From the NCBI GenBank assembly GCA_963666055.2, contig CAXWPH010000008.1:1-64000 (forward strand): a DNA stretch of 64,000 bases, given 5' to 3'. The notes below the pieces were generated by a model. The model had not been told where the DNA came from, did no database searches, and saw nothing but the letters and a program-made list of their open reading frames with translations. The DNA comes from Acidobacteriota bacterium (GTDB lineage: Bacteria > Acidobacteriota > UBA890 > WLXD01). This document shows positions 47,987 through 58,646 of the stretch, piece by piece. Numbering within the stretch: position 1 is the first letter of the stretch; every line of letters begins with the position of its first letter. The translations under genes and the position numbers were made by a program.

Positions 47987-49000
47987 TCACCCGCCCGCAA
48001 GGTCGGCTCTGTCGACTCGTGGGGCTACGTAGCCGCGCCGGGCGACGACTTTCAGGTCCGGCCGCCTGACCTTGATCTGCAGTTTCCGATAATTGCCGTC
48101 CAGCGCACGATTGCTCGACGTGAAGGTGAGCAGGTAGTAGCTGCTGTTTTCCTCGCCGATGCGTCGAACCGGACGCTCGAACCTCGTCTGGTTGTAGAAG
48201 TAGCGACCGCCCGTCTCATTGGCGAGTGGGAACAGACCCTCGATTGCATAGCGAGTGTGACGCTGGAATAAGCGACGGCGCACGCGCTGGTACACGAGCT
48301 CCAGGTCGATCGAATAGACGGTGCTGTTGGATTCATTGAGTGCATCGATCGTGTCGTCGATATCTTCGCCATACCTGCTGTGCAGCTCGTTTGACAGCAA
48401 GATGACGATCTTGCGGCCGGGAACGTCTCCGAGCGCTTCGCCAAGGCTCTCGAGTGCCTCGAAGACATATCGCTCGCCGTAGTGCGAGTGATGCGGGTAG
48501 TCAACGCGCAGGAGCGGGAGATTACGAATGTCGCGGATGGTCGCGTCCTTCGAGCCCCAGAATGGTTGAAGCACTCGGACCGTATAGCCGATGTCGACCA
48601 CCATGACCTTATCGTCGTCGGTCAGAAAGGTCGTGACAAAGGCCTCCAGCGCGTTTCGGGCTTTCACCAACGATACGGGCCTGGCGCCCAGCCGGTTGAT
48701 GACGAAGACAAATCGGCGTGGCGTAACCTCCACCGTCGCCTCGTCAGAGCGCGAGCCGATCATCTGGACACTGGACAGCCGCTGTCTGACGCCGTCCTCG
48801 TAGAGCTCGAAGTCGTCCAACGTCAGACCGACCACCGGCAGTCCCTGGTCGTCCAGAACCAGCACGTCCGTCTGGATCGCGTTGATCTCGCCGCGGTACT
48901 GAGGCACCTGGTGCGACAGCGGGGTGGCCGAACTGGCAATGGCCATGGTGGGTAGGGCAAGGGACAACAGCATCCAACTGCGCAGCTTGGTCATTTCCAT
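47987..49000 (-). CDS. VWA-domain protein (Acidobacterial VWFA-related type)
   Basis: TDVLVLD..G.PVVGLTLDDFELYEDG, GRKIVILLS, LANETGG, YYLLTF and VVARRGY motifs; start approximate. Confidence 0.82.
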   Translation of the reverse strand: MEMTKLRSWMLLSLALPTMAIASSATPLSHQVPQYRGEINAIQTDVLVLDDQGLPVVGLTLDDFELYEDGVRQRLSSVQMIGSRSDEATVEVTPRRFVFVINRLGARPVSLVKARNALEAFVTTFLTDDDKVMVVDIGYTVRVLQPFWGSKDATIRDIRNLPLLRVDYPHHSHYGERYVFEALESLGEALGDVPGRKIVILLSNELHSRYGEDIDDTIDALNESNSTVYSIDLELVYQRVRRRLFQRHTRYAIEGLFPLANETGGRYFYNQTRFERPVRRIGEENSSYYLLTFTSSNRALDGNYRKLQIKVRRPDLKVVARRGYVAPRVDRADLAGG

Positions 49001-49221
49001 CCTCCATCGAGTTGGCTTGAGAGTGGGTCTAGTGCGCCACTCGATGGTGAGTGCAAGGCTATCGGGGTTTCTTACAGCTGCGCGTCGAGGCACCCGTATC
49101 GTCGCTTACATGGCGTACTAGCCCACCAAGCACCCCAGACGAGATCCGGTGACACGAGCTTCTCCGCTGGCTGAACAAGCGGGGGGCCGGGGGCGGACCC
49201 TACCGACGGGGGCTACGGGCA

Positions 49222-49251
49222 GGGGAGCCTGTCGAGATCGTCAGGCTCCCC
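49222..49251. terminator. Hairpin between the zincin paralogue and the VWA gene
   Basis: GGGGAGCCTG...CAGGCTCCCC 10 bp stem; no U-tract. Confidence 0.35.
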
Positions 49252-49260
49252 ACCTGCACT

Positions 49261-49925
49261 TCACGAGAGCATGACGGCGCCAGGTGACTGCAGCGCCCCG
49301 ACGATGGCAGCGTGACATGCAGGGTTGACTGGCAGCTCCCGAGACAACAGAAGCTGGCGGTTCAGCGTGCCGCGCATCAGACCCTGCTTGGCGTGCGAGT
49401 GCTCGGGTGCGATCGCGTGGACGAGCTCGTGCACGACGACTCTGGCAAACGCCCGAGCTATCTGCTGGCTGCGCCTGGCGGCCAGCGGCCGGCCCGCGTG
49501 TCGATCCGCATCCAATACTCGCAGCACTCTCTCCGGGAAGATGATGACGTGCCGGCGAGGACGGGGCTCCGATACCACGATACCCATTCCGCGGCGCTTC
49601 ACCCCCCCCACGCCGAAGGCGATTTGCCGGAAAAAACCACGAGGAACGATGCCGCGTCGTTGAGCTTCCACCGGTGGCTTCCAGCCTCCGCGTTCACCGG
49701 CTCTTCGGGAGACCATGTGGCTTCGATCCCGACGCTGCGAAGGATTTCCAACACATCGTTGCTGATCGCCGCCAGGAAGTCCTCTCTGAAGCCGAAGCGA
49801 TCGGAAACTACGAGGTTCACCGGCAACGGATCATGAATCGCCGCGGCGGGCAGCCCCGCCGCACCAACGACGGGCGCGGCGGCAATCTGCAGCGCAAGCA
49901 GTTTCACGGCGGCATTCCAGAGCAT
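49261..49925 (-). pseudogene. Zincin-like paralogue, frameshifted at a G8 tract
   Basis: Two ORFs collinear with 39161-39811; the C8 run at 49602-49609 corresponds to C6 in the intact copy. Confidence 0.75.
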
Positions 49926-50061
49926 TCAGATAGTCCATCGGGGATCCATCGAGTCGGATCGAGAGCGAGTCAAGTGCACCATTCGATAGTGAGTGCGAGG
50001 TGGGCCTCCCCCGATTTCCCGGACACCTTTGGAAGCCCGATAATGGGCTCGGAGGTGAAGA

Positions 50062-50355
50062 ATGGGGTCACGGCGGCGGTACAGTCGCGAGTTCAAGATT
50101 GAGGCTGTGAGGATGGTGACGCAGCTGGGCCATCCGGTGTCTGAGGTGGCGCGGGATCTGGGCGTTGGCCGCGGCATGTTGACCAAGTGGCGCAAACAAC
50201 TCCAGGAGCAGGGGGTCACCGCGTTTCCGGGAGTGGGGAAGATGCCCGACCAGGACCTGGACGGGCAACAGCTACGGCGGGACCTGCGGCGAGTACGGCA
50301 GGAGCGCGACATTCTAAAAAAAGCGTTGGCGATCTTCTCGGAACGCCCGCGATGA
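50062..50355 (+). CDS. IS3 transposase OrfA
   Basis: RRRYSREFKIEAV, VARDLG and ERDILKKA motifs. Confidence 0.9.
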   Translation: MGSRRRYSREFKIEAVRMVTQLGHPVSEVARDLGVGRGMLTKWRKQLQEQGVTAFPGVGKMPDQDLDGQQLRRDLRRVRQERDILKKALAIFSERPR

Positions 50356-51347
50356 GGTATCCGATCATCAAGCAACTGTCCGGCGAGTTTCCGGTGCGGC
50401 GGTTGTGCAAGATGCTCGAGGTGTCTCACGGCGGTTACTACGAGTGGCGAGGACGGGCACCGAGTCCGAGAGCGCGAGAAGATCGCCGTCTACGTGTGCA
50501 GATCCGAGCTACGTTCCGGGAGAGTCGCGACCGGTACGGAAGTCCGCGTGTCCACAAGCAGCTTCGGCAACGAGGCATACGCTGCTCTCGCAAGCGGGTA
50601 GCTCGGCTGATGCGTCAGGAAGGACTTCGAGCCCGCCAACCTCGTCGGTTCCGAGTAACCACACGATCCACGCCTGGGCGGCCGGCGGCGCCTAACCTGC
50701 TGGATCGACGCTTCACAGTGGACGCCGTCGATACCGTCTGGGTGGGCGACCTGACCTACCTGTGGACCCAGCAGGGGTGGCTATACCTGGCCGTGCTGAT
50801 GGATCTGTGCTCGCGACGGATCATCGGCTGGTCGGTGAGCGAGACGATGACGGACGATCTGACGCTGGCGGTCCTGGATCAGGCCTTGGAGCAACGTCGT
50901 CCCGGTTCTGGAGTGGTGCATCACTCTGACCGCGGCAGCCAGTACGGCAGCAACGATTACCTAGACAAGCTCCGTGAACGCGGCTTCACCATCAGCATGA
51001 GCAGGAAAGGAGACTGTTGGGATAACGCACCGATGGAGAGTTTCTTCTCTACCCTGAAGTTCGAACTCGGTGGCTGCTTCAGTTCCCGTGCGGCGGCCCG
51101 AGCCGAGTTGTTCGACTACATCGAAGTGTTCTACAACCGGGCTCGCATGCACACCTCGATCGGAGACCAGAGTCCGGCTCAGTTCGAGGCGGCAACACGG
51201 CGGCCAGACCAGAGCCGCCAGTCAGCTGTGGAAGCTGACGCGCCCGTGGAAATCGATTCCCGATTCCCACCGTCGCTTGGACAACGCTCCGCGTTGCCAA
51301 CAGCTCCCACAGCCGCTACTACGACTACGACAATGGATCTTAACTAA
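50352..51347 (+). CDS. IS3 transposase OrfB (DDE)
   Basis: YGSPR, WVGDLTY, HHSDRGSQY and DNAPMESFF motifs. Confidence 0.92.
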   Translation: MRYPIIKQLSGEFPVRRLCKMLEVSHGGYYEWRGRAPSPRAREDRRLRVQIRATFRESRDRYGSPRVHKQLRQRGIRCSRKRVARLMRQEGLRARQPRRFRVTTRSTPGRPAAPNLLDRRFTVDAVDTVWVGDLTYLWTQQGWLYLAVLMDLCSRRIIGWSVSETMTDDLTLAVLDQALEQRRPGSGVVHHSDRGSQYGSNDYLDKLRERGFTISMSRKGDCWDNAPMESFFSTLKFELGGCFSSRAAARAELFDYIEVFYNRARMHTSIGDQSPAQFEAATRRPDQSRQSAVEADAPVEIDSRFPPSLGQRSALPTAPTAATTTTTMDLN

Positions 51348-51740
51348 GTGTCCGGGAAAGCGGGGCAAGGTCGAGGCTGTCGGAGTTTCTTACAGCCGCG
51401 CCTCAAGGCCCCGCGTCGTGGCGTACATGAAGGAACGACCACGTGACCCTGACGTGTCTAGGTGTAACTCGGCCGCCCGCACCCGAAGCGACGTTGTTAG
51501 AGTCGGCTGCGCTCCGCCGGCCTCAACAACCTCTTGTTAGCACCGAGTTACTGAGATAAGACGTGGTACTAACCACGGGGGCAGGTCACTTCTATCGATT
51601 CCGGTTTGGCGTGGGGGCTGTCTGTCCTCGTCCTCTTGTTCGTGCCACTCGGAGCAGTCGTTCAGGCAGTCGTCTACGTGGTTCGCTATCCCGAGTAGCT
51701 GCAGGGGGAGGAGGATCCGCCCGAAAGACGTCCCTCTTAC

Positions 51741-52961
51741 TTATTGACCCACTTTAAACTTAGCAGCTTCTCCAGATCCTCCGGTTGCATCACCCTCAGT
51801 GTAGGAATGTGCTCCGGATCCTGCGAGTTTTCCGCCTTCCACGATAAGATATTCTTCTCGTATTTGCCTATCATCAAACCAGCATTCCAAGATTTCCCTG
51901 ACGCCCGCTGCATATCGAGCTTGAGCCGCCAGCGAAGTTCCGGATGTATGTGGCGTCATTGCATGGTTTGGCATTGTTCGCCAAGGGTGATCTCTTGGTG
52001 CTGGTTGTGGAAACCAAACATCCCCGGCATAACCGGCTAATTGGCCGCTCTCAAGTGCTCTTGCAACTGCATTACGATCACAGATCTTTCCCCGAGCAGT
52101 ATTAACAAGATAAGCTCCACGCTTCATCTTACCAATCATCTCGTCATCAAAGAGGTGTTCCGTCTCGGGATGAAGTGGACAATTAACCGACACAACGTCG
52201 CAGACCTCGACCATAGACTCAACGCTATCGTGAACGGTTAAATCAAGTTCCTCTTCAACCTCTGGTGGGAGTCTATGTTTATCAAAGTAATGGAGTTCTA
52301 CATCGAAAGGCTTCATACGTCTTAGAACCGCTGAACCAATTCGACCTGCTCCTCCAACGATACCCACTCGCATTCCTTCAACGTCATAAGACCTTGATAC
52401 GCAATCAGCGATGTTCCATCCTCCTTTGATAACCCAATTATATGAAGGAATGTAATTTCGAACGAGCGTCAAGATCATCATCACAACGTGCTCGGATACA
52501 CTGATGCTGTTACAATAAGTAACCTCCGCCACCGTGATATCGTTATCGATTGCGGCTTGTAAGTCCACATGATCTGAACCAATACCTGCTGTAATCGCCA
52601 GTTTCAATTTGGGCGATTTAGCAACTCTCTCCGAAGTAATATACGCAGGCCAAAACGGTTGTGAAATAACAATGTCAGCATCAACGATTTCTTTTTCGAA
52701 GACGGAATCCGGACCGTCTTTATCAGCGGTAACAACAAATCGATGGCCGCGGCCTTCGACGAAGTTCCGTAGACGAAGTTCGCCAGAGACACATCCAAGA
52801 AGATCCCCAGGATGGAAATCTATCGCACTCGGTGATGGCATTGATTGCCCATCAGGATAATGAGGTAGATTGGGGATATCGTGGCGCGCATATGTTGGCG
52901 GATATCCATCTACGGGATCATCATACAAGACACAGACGATCTTCATGTTGTCTTTGCCCAT
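51741..52961 (-). CDS. fdh: NAD-dependent formate dehydrogenase (second copy)
   Basis: Translation identical to 43360-44580. Confidence 0.95.
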   Translation of the reverse strand: MGKDNMKIVCVLYDDPVDGYPPTYARHDIPNLPHYPDGQSMPSPSAIDFHPGDLLGCVSGELRLRNFVEGRGHRFVVTADKDGPDSVFEKEIVDADIVISQPFWPAYITSERVAKSPKLKLAITAGIGSDHVDLQAAIDNDITVAEVTYCNSISVSEHVVMMILTLVRNYIPSYNWVIKGGWNIADCVSRSYDVEGMRVGIVGGAGRIGSAVLRRMKPFDVELHYFDKHRLPPEVEEELDLTVHDSVESMVEVCDVVSVNCPLHPETEHLFDDEMIGKMKRGAYLVNTARGKICDRNAVARALESGQLAGYAGDVWFPQPAPRDHPWRTMPNHAMTPHTSGTSLAAQARYAAGVREILECWFDDRQIREEYLIVEGGKLAGSGAHSYTEGDATGGSGEAAKFKVGQ

Positions 52962-53559
52962 TTGCTCCACCTGGTTGTCTAATCCGATCATTCGCCATGT
53001 GACATGTTGGCAAGCCCAGCGCTTGCCCGGAAGGATGTCAAACTACCGTCTTCCCCCGACAAGGGTGCCCTCTGTCGCGGGAGCTGTCTGCGTGGCCGCG
53101 GGACCGAGAGGTGAGCCCCATTCTTCGGACAGGGTGTCGTCACCGCTCGGGTGGAATCCGCGTATGATTCAGGCGGCCTCCTCGTCAGTGTACGCGTCGT
53201 CTACGCGAGTCTCGGGGTGGGCTACAGCCTTCAGCATGCGAGGCCCCCCAGCGCGGGACTCTCGCCACTAGCTCTCCCTCTACAGTCCCAGTGTTGCCCG
53301 CTACGGCGGTCGGGGTTGCGGCCAAACTTGTCCCGCGCCGAGAGGCAACCTCATCCTAGTACCGGGGCAACCCCCTCGGTAGTGTCTAGCGAACTTCGAC
53401 TTTACTCGTGCGCAATGTCCGGGCCGGGCACGATGACGACACGAGCACCGGGAATCGGCTCGTGACCGATTCGAGCAATCAGGCGTTGTCCATGGTCAGA
53501 AGATATCCGGGCGAGTTTCCGGCGCGGCTCGTTTGCCAGTCGTGTGCTAGTCCTGGATC

Positions 53560-54065
53560 TTATCCTAATAGTTTTATCAGGCCGTCCAAGACCATCTCCG
53601 GTCGCGCTGGGGATCCCGGTATGTAGACATCCACCGGCATGATGGTGTCGATACCCACTACCGTGGCGTAGCTGTCATAGAAGGCGCCGGTGCAGGTGCA
53701 GACTCCGAAGGCGACCACCCAATTGGGGCTCCTCCATCTGGTCGTGGATACGCTTCAGCACCGGCGCCAACTTGTGACTGATGGTGCCGACGACGAAGAG
53801 CACGTCCGCCTGGCGCGGGGAACATCTCGGCAACCCGGCGCCGAGCCGGTCCACATCGTAGTGAGCGCAGAGCAGTGGCCATGTACTCCATGCCGCAACA
53901 CGCTGTCACGAACGGGTATTGGAGGATCGAGTACTTCCGCGCCCATCCGATGGCTGCGCCTCCGGCGCGCTTCGGCTCCAGAATCGGTTTGAAACGGTCG
54001 TCGGGGGCACGCTGGATGAGCGGCGGGAGCTGCTATCGGTGATTGCGGCGACCGTGGCCGCTCAT
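53560..54065 (-). pseudogene. nuoB: nuoB remnant (more complete copy)
   Basis: GWARKYSILQYPFVTACCGMEYMA ... MPVDVYIPGSPARPEMVLDGLIKL, with several frameshifts. Confidence 0.85.
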
Positions 54066-55349
54066 CGAGCCCGTCTGGACACTCTAGCCCTCCATTCCTT
54101 CCACCGCGACCACCGCCTTCTCCTTGATGACGACGGTTTGATCGACACGTCGCCACCGCCCTTCAACTCGATCACCGCATCGAGCACGTTCTGCGCCACG
54201 GCTTGGAAGATCTTGGTCACTTCGCTGTCGGGGTGTTCGACAACGTAGGGTATGCCTGCATCGCCCGCAATGGCGATCTGCGGATCGAGCGGCAGCGCGC
54301 CCAGGAACGGCACTCCGAGCTCTTCTGCCGTTCGCCGCCCGCCATCGGTGCTGAACACGTGCGTGCGATGCCCGCACTCCGGACACGTGAAGACCGACAT
54401 GTTCTCCACCAGCCCGAGCACCGGCACATCGACTTCCTGGAACATGCGGAGCCCTTTACGGGCATCGATCAACGCCACATCCTGCGGCGTGGTGACGATC
54501 ACGGCGCCATCGAGGGGCGCCGATTGAGTCAACGTGAGCTGCGCATCGCCGGTGCCCGGGGGCAGGTCGATTACCAGCACCTCAACGCCGCGCCAGTCGA
54601 CGTCGCGAAGGAACTGCCGTATTGCCTTCATCACCATTGGCCCACGCCAGATCACCGGATCGTCTTCGGGCTGCAGGAAACCGAGCGACATGAGCTTCAT
54701 ACCGAACTTGTCGAGCGGCACCAATAGCCGCTTGCCGTCCAGATCGATGATCTTCGGCTGCTCGTGGGTGCCGAGCATGGTGGGCACCGAGGGACCGTAA
54801 ATATCTGCATCCAGCAGACCGACGTGCTGGCCGAGCTGCGCCAGCGCGGCCGAGAGATTCACTGCCACGGTCGACTTGCCCACACCTCCCTTTCCCGAGG
54901 CCACCGCCACCACGTGCTTCACCCCACCGATCGGGGTGCGATCGTACAGCGCCGCCGGTCGGCCGGCGGCCGACCGGCCCGGTACCAGGCGCCGGCGGTC
55001 CGCCGGTCGCAGAACCTGCCGGGGGGCCGGCCGCATCGCCAAGGCCGAGACTGGTTGCACCGCCCGATGGACGGCCTGGTTGGGCCGCCGAAGCACCCTT
55101 CGACTCGGGAGCCGCGATCTCGAGGCTGACGCTGTCGACCCCGTCCAGCGCCATCAACGCGTCGTGCGATGCGCGGGCGATCTGCTGCTGATGTTCCGGC
55201 GAGCCGATCGGGATATTGAGACGGACGGTCACCCCGCCACCATCGATTCGCACTGCCTCGACCAAGCCGAACGACACGATGTCGCGCGACAGCCCCGGAA
55301 ACTTCACGGAAGTCAGAGCTTCACGAATACGCTCTTCGTTGACGGCCAA
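54062..55349 (-). pseudogene. mrp: Mrp/NBP35, frameshifted (second copy)
   Basis: Mirror of 41150-42437 with the same frameshift and a few SNPs. Confidence 0.85.
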
Positions 55350-55618
55350 TGGCCAGGGCTCCTCGTCCATCCAGTCGATGCCAATCCATCTCCCGCCCAG
55401 CGGTCCGACGTTCTCACGCCGAGCGCGCGGAAACTCTCAAACGAAGATGGCGCGATCCCCCGGTTCCGGCACACTACCGGCCTCGATGATTCAAGCAAAG
55501 GGACGGAAACTAGGTGTCATACGATAGCCACATGGATCTTTTTGGGGAGTCTCTTTGGCGTCGGGATGCTACCACTGAAGGGATTGTTTCAGTTTGCCGT
55601 CGACAATAGGGTGGCCAT

Positions 55619-56464
55619 CTACGAGGCAAGTGGCAGATCAGCGATGAAGGTAACCTCCTGCGGCCGGACTCTTGGTGTGCGTTCCTTCGCCAGGCACTTG
55701 CGGACGATTCGATGAAGCTCAGAGGGCAGCCCGTCGGCCACCGGCTCTGGCTTGCCGTTCACCAGACGGTTCAGAACCTCGGTGATGTTCTTGCCACCGA
55801 AGGCTCGCGTTCCTGTCGCCATCTCCTGCAACACGCAGCCGAACGCGAACAGATCGGTGCGTTGGTCGACTTCCTCGCCCTCAACCTGCTCCGGTGCCAT
55901 GTAGCCGGCTGTACCCATCACCTGCCCGGCGACCGTCCCCATCATCGTGGGTGACTGCGTCGCACCGCCCGGTGAGCCTGCCCCCGCCACCTCGGTGAGC
56001 TTTGCCAGGCCGAAGTCCAGCACCTTGGCGTGCCCTTCCTTGGTGACGAAGATGTTCTCCGGCTTCAGATCCCGGTGGATGATCCCGGCGGCGTGCGCCG
56101 CTGCCAGCGCCTCGGCAATCTCGGTGGCCAAGCCGAGCGCCTTCTTGAGCGGCAGCGCACCCTTGCCCAGCGGCTCGCGCAGCGTGTCTCCTTCCAGGTA
56201 CTCCTGCACCATGAAGTGGGTGCCGTCTTCAGTGCCGACATCGAAGACGGCTGCGATGTGCGGATGGTTGAGCGCGGCGGCAGCACGAGCTTCCTGCTCG
56301 AAGCGGGCGAGGCGCTCGGGGTCAGAGGCAAACTCGGCGGGCAGCACCTTGATGGCCACCTTGCGGCCTAGCCGCGTGTCCTGCGCCAGGTACACCTCGC
56401 CCATGCCGCCAGCACCGAGCTGCTCGGTGATCTCGTAGGGGCCTAGTTTGGTGCCGGGTTCCAT
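55619..56464 (-). pseudogene. Truncated Ser/Thr kinase (second copy)
   Basis: Identical translation to 40035-40880. Confidence 0.85.
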
Positions 56465-56687
56465 GGCGCTCTCAAGGCAGGGGAGGTGAGCGCCTGAAGC
56501 CTATCGCCGGGGCACGCGAGATCCAACGGTGAGACGAGGCCGGGATAGCGAGTGTGAGGCACCTCACAGTCGAGGGCATGCCTTACCGAACCCTGGCGTT
56601 CCGCAGGTCGTCCTTATTTCTAGCAGCACGGCAACGACTGCCAGTGCCCGGCCTCTTCTCCTCCCAATCCCCTGTGAGTGGATTGGA

Positions 56688-57337
56688 ATGCTCTCGAAAG
56701 CGGCCGTGAAATTGATCGTGCTGCACATTGGCTTTGTTGGTTCCGCTGCTGGCGTTCTGAAGCTACCCGCAACGGAGAGCCCTGCTCCATGGCCAGTGCG
56801 CCTCGTGATTTCTGATCGTTTCGGCCTTCCGGAGAGCTTCTTGGCCACGATCAGAGGGGATGTTCAGTCGATCCTTCGTGCCGTCGGCGTTGAGGTGACG
56901 TGGTCATCCGGCGAGCCGGCGGACGAGAACAACAGAAGTCGCGATCAGCGGGTACCGGGATCGTTCCTCGTGGTGTTCGCTGGAAATCCCCTTCGGACTG
57001 GGGGGTGACGGATGACGCGATGGGCGTTGTGGTGTCGGCGGTACATCCACTCCCGTACGTCATCGTGTTCCCGAAGAGAGTGCTCCAAGTAATGGAGCCG
57101 CATCGGCAGGCAGACAGGCCGCCCAAGTACAACCGGACGATGGCTCGTGCATTTGCCAAGGTCGTGGTTCACGAGCTCGTCCACGCGATCGCACCCGAGC
57201 ACTCGCACTCCGCGCGCGGTCTGATGCGCAGCACGCTGAACCGACCTTTCCTATTGGATCCGGAGCTGCAAATCGATCCTGGATGTCGAGCTGCGATTGC
57301 TGGGGCGCTGCAGGCACTCGCAGACCCGGTACCGTAA
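56688..57337 (+). pseudogene. Zincin-like protein copy with a 1-nt deletion near 56982
   Basis: GCTGGAAAT vs GCTGGGAAAT in the left arm splits the ORF. Confidence 0.7.
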
Positions 57338-57865
57338 GCACCAGGGATCAGGGCGCCCGCCGTCAACGCTGAAAGTCAGCTCGAAATCGGCCAGACGTGC
57401 GTGAGCGCGGGAAGCGTAGAGCCTACGAGTGTCCAAGGGAGCAGCCGTTTCGCGAGACGCGACTGAGCGCGCTACGGGTCCGTCGGCACGAGCCGGTTCA
57501 GCTCGTCGAACCAGTTGGTGACGAGCTTCACGTTGCCGACGCCGGTCTGGTTCCGGTTGGTGCCGGGGAACATCACGAACCGCTGACCGTCTGCTGCTAA
57601 CGGGGTCGTAGGAGTCCCCGCCGTTGGGTCAGTGATTTATTCGCGAGCGGTGGAGGAAGCTGAACGATCATCCTAGTCGAAGCTGTGGGTTGGGTAGGGG
57701 GCAGAAGGTGCCATCCCGCTGTACATGACGGAGCAGACTCTCGACTGCCGGTTGTGCCTGATGCTGCGCCCCTTCCTCGTGTCGATCCCCGGTTTGGCCT
57801 AGCATCAGCGGCATCCTACGGTGACAGACACGGGCCCCGCTGCCCATTGTGTGAGGAGTGCCGCG

Positions 57866-58366
57866 ATGAAACTCATGGGGCGAATTGTATTGACGCTGGT
57901 GGTGCTGCTCGTTGTGCCCATGCCATCGGTCAGTGATGAGGCGTCCACCCAGGGAGCCGACTCGGTCGAAGCGGTACGGCAGATGTTCGTGGGCAATTAC
58001 GAGCTCGTAAAATTAGAGTCGTTTCCGTCGCCCGGCGAGGTCGTTCCGCGGCACGTTATCGCTCGGATCATGTACGACGCCCACGGCAACATGGCGGCAA
58101 TCGGCATGCCGAAAGACCTGCCAGAGCTCGACCGAGCGTCGGGCGACGAACGGGTACGACGTGGCTTTGCGTACTTCGGCAAGTTCCAGATCGACATCGA
58201 GCAAGGCACCGTCACCCACCACTTGATCGGCTCGCCCGTATCGGCGCGATCGGTGGGCGAGGGCTGGGTGCGGTATTACGAGTTCGACGGCGACCTGCTG
58301 ACGCTGTCCATCAAGAACGCTGAGGGTCGCATCACCAGCCAGCTCACATGGAAGAAGTTTGGATAG
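57866..58366 (+). CDS. Lipocalin-like domain protein (second copy)
   Basis: Mirror of 38132-38632. Confidence 0.8.
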   Translation: MKLMGRIVLTLVVLLVVPMPSVSDEASTQGADSVEAVRQMFVGNYELVKLESFPSPGEVVPRHVIARIMYDAHGNMAAIGMPKDLPELDRASGDERVRRGFAYFGKFQIDIEQGTVTHHLIGSPVSARSVGEGWVRYYEFDGDLLTLSIKNAEGRITSQLTWKKFG

Positions 58367-58646
58367 GGCGGAGCCTAGGTAATTGTTCCTGGCATCACGG
58401 ACGAGCGGAATCGGAGGTCGCTGGGTGGCTCGCGAGACTCGGCTAAGCGGCGCTACGGGTCCGTCGGCACGAGCCGCTTTAGTTCGTCGAACCAGTTTCA
58501 GCGCTAACCCCAGCTCGATCGCGTATGTCGATCTCCGTCTGGCCGATGGTGAACTAAAAACGCTCGTCGTCGGTGGCCGACTACGGCCGCCTATACTTGG
58601 TGGTCCGACGGCGACATCGTGGCCACTGCTGCACGACGAGGTTCCC

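Larger units (their letters stand above)
50001..51373 (+). mobile_element. Complete IS3-family element
   Basis: 26 bp imperfect IRs sharing CCCCG.TTTCCCGGACAC; AGG on both flanks; orfA/orfB with an A7G slippery site at ~50316. Confidence 0.9.

Noticed and set aside
45001-51373. Composite transposon formed by the two IS elements
   Set aside because: They belong to different families (IS5 vs IS3) and each has its own target duplication, so they are independent insertions.
58383-58646. Longer 486 aa RidA ORF in the right arm
   Set aside because: The extension arises from a 1-nt homopolymer difference and runs antisense through a kinase 3' stub.
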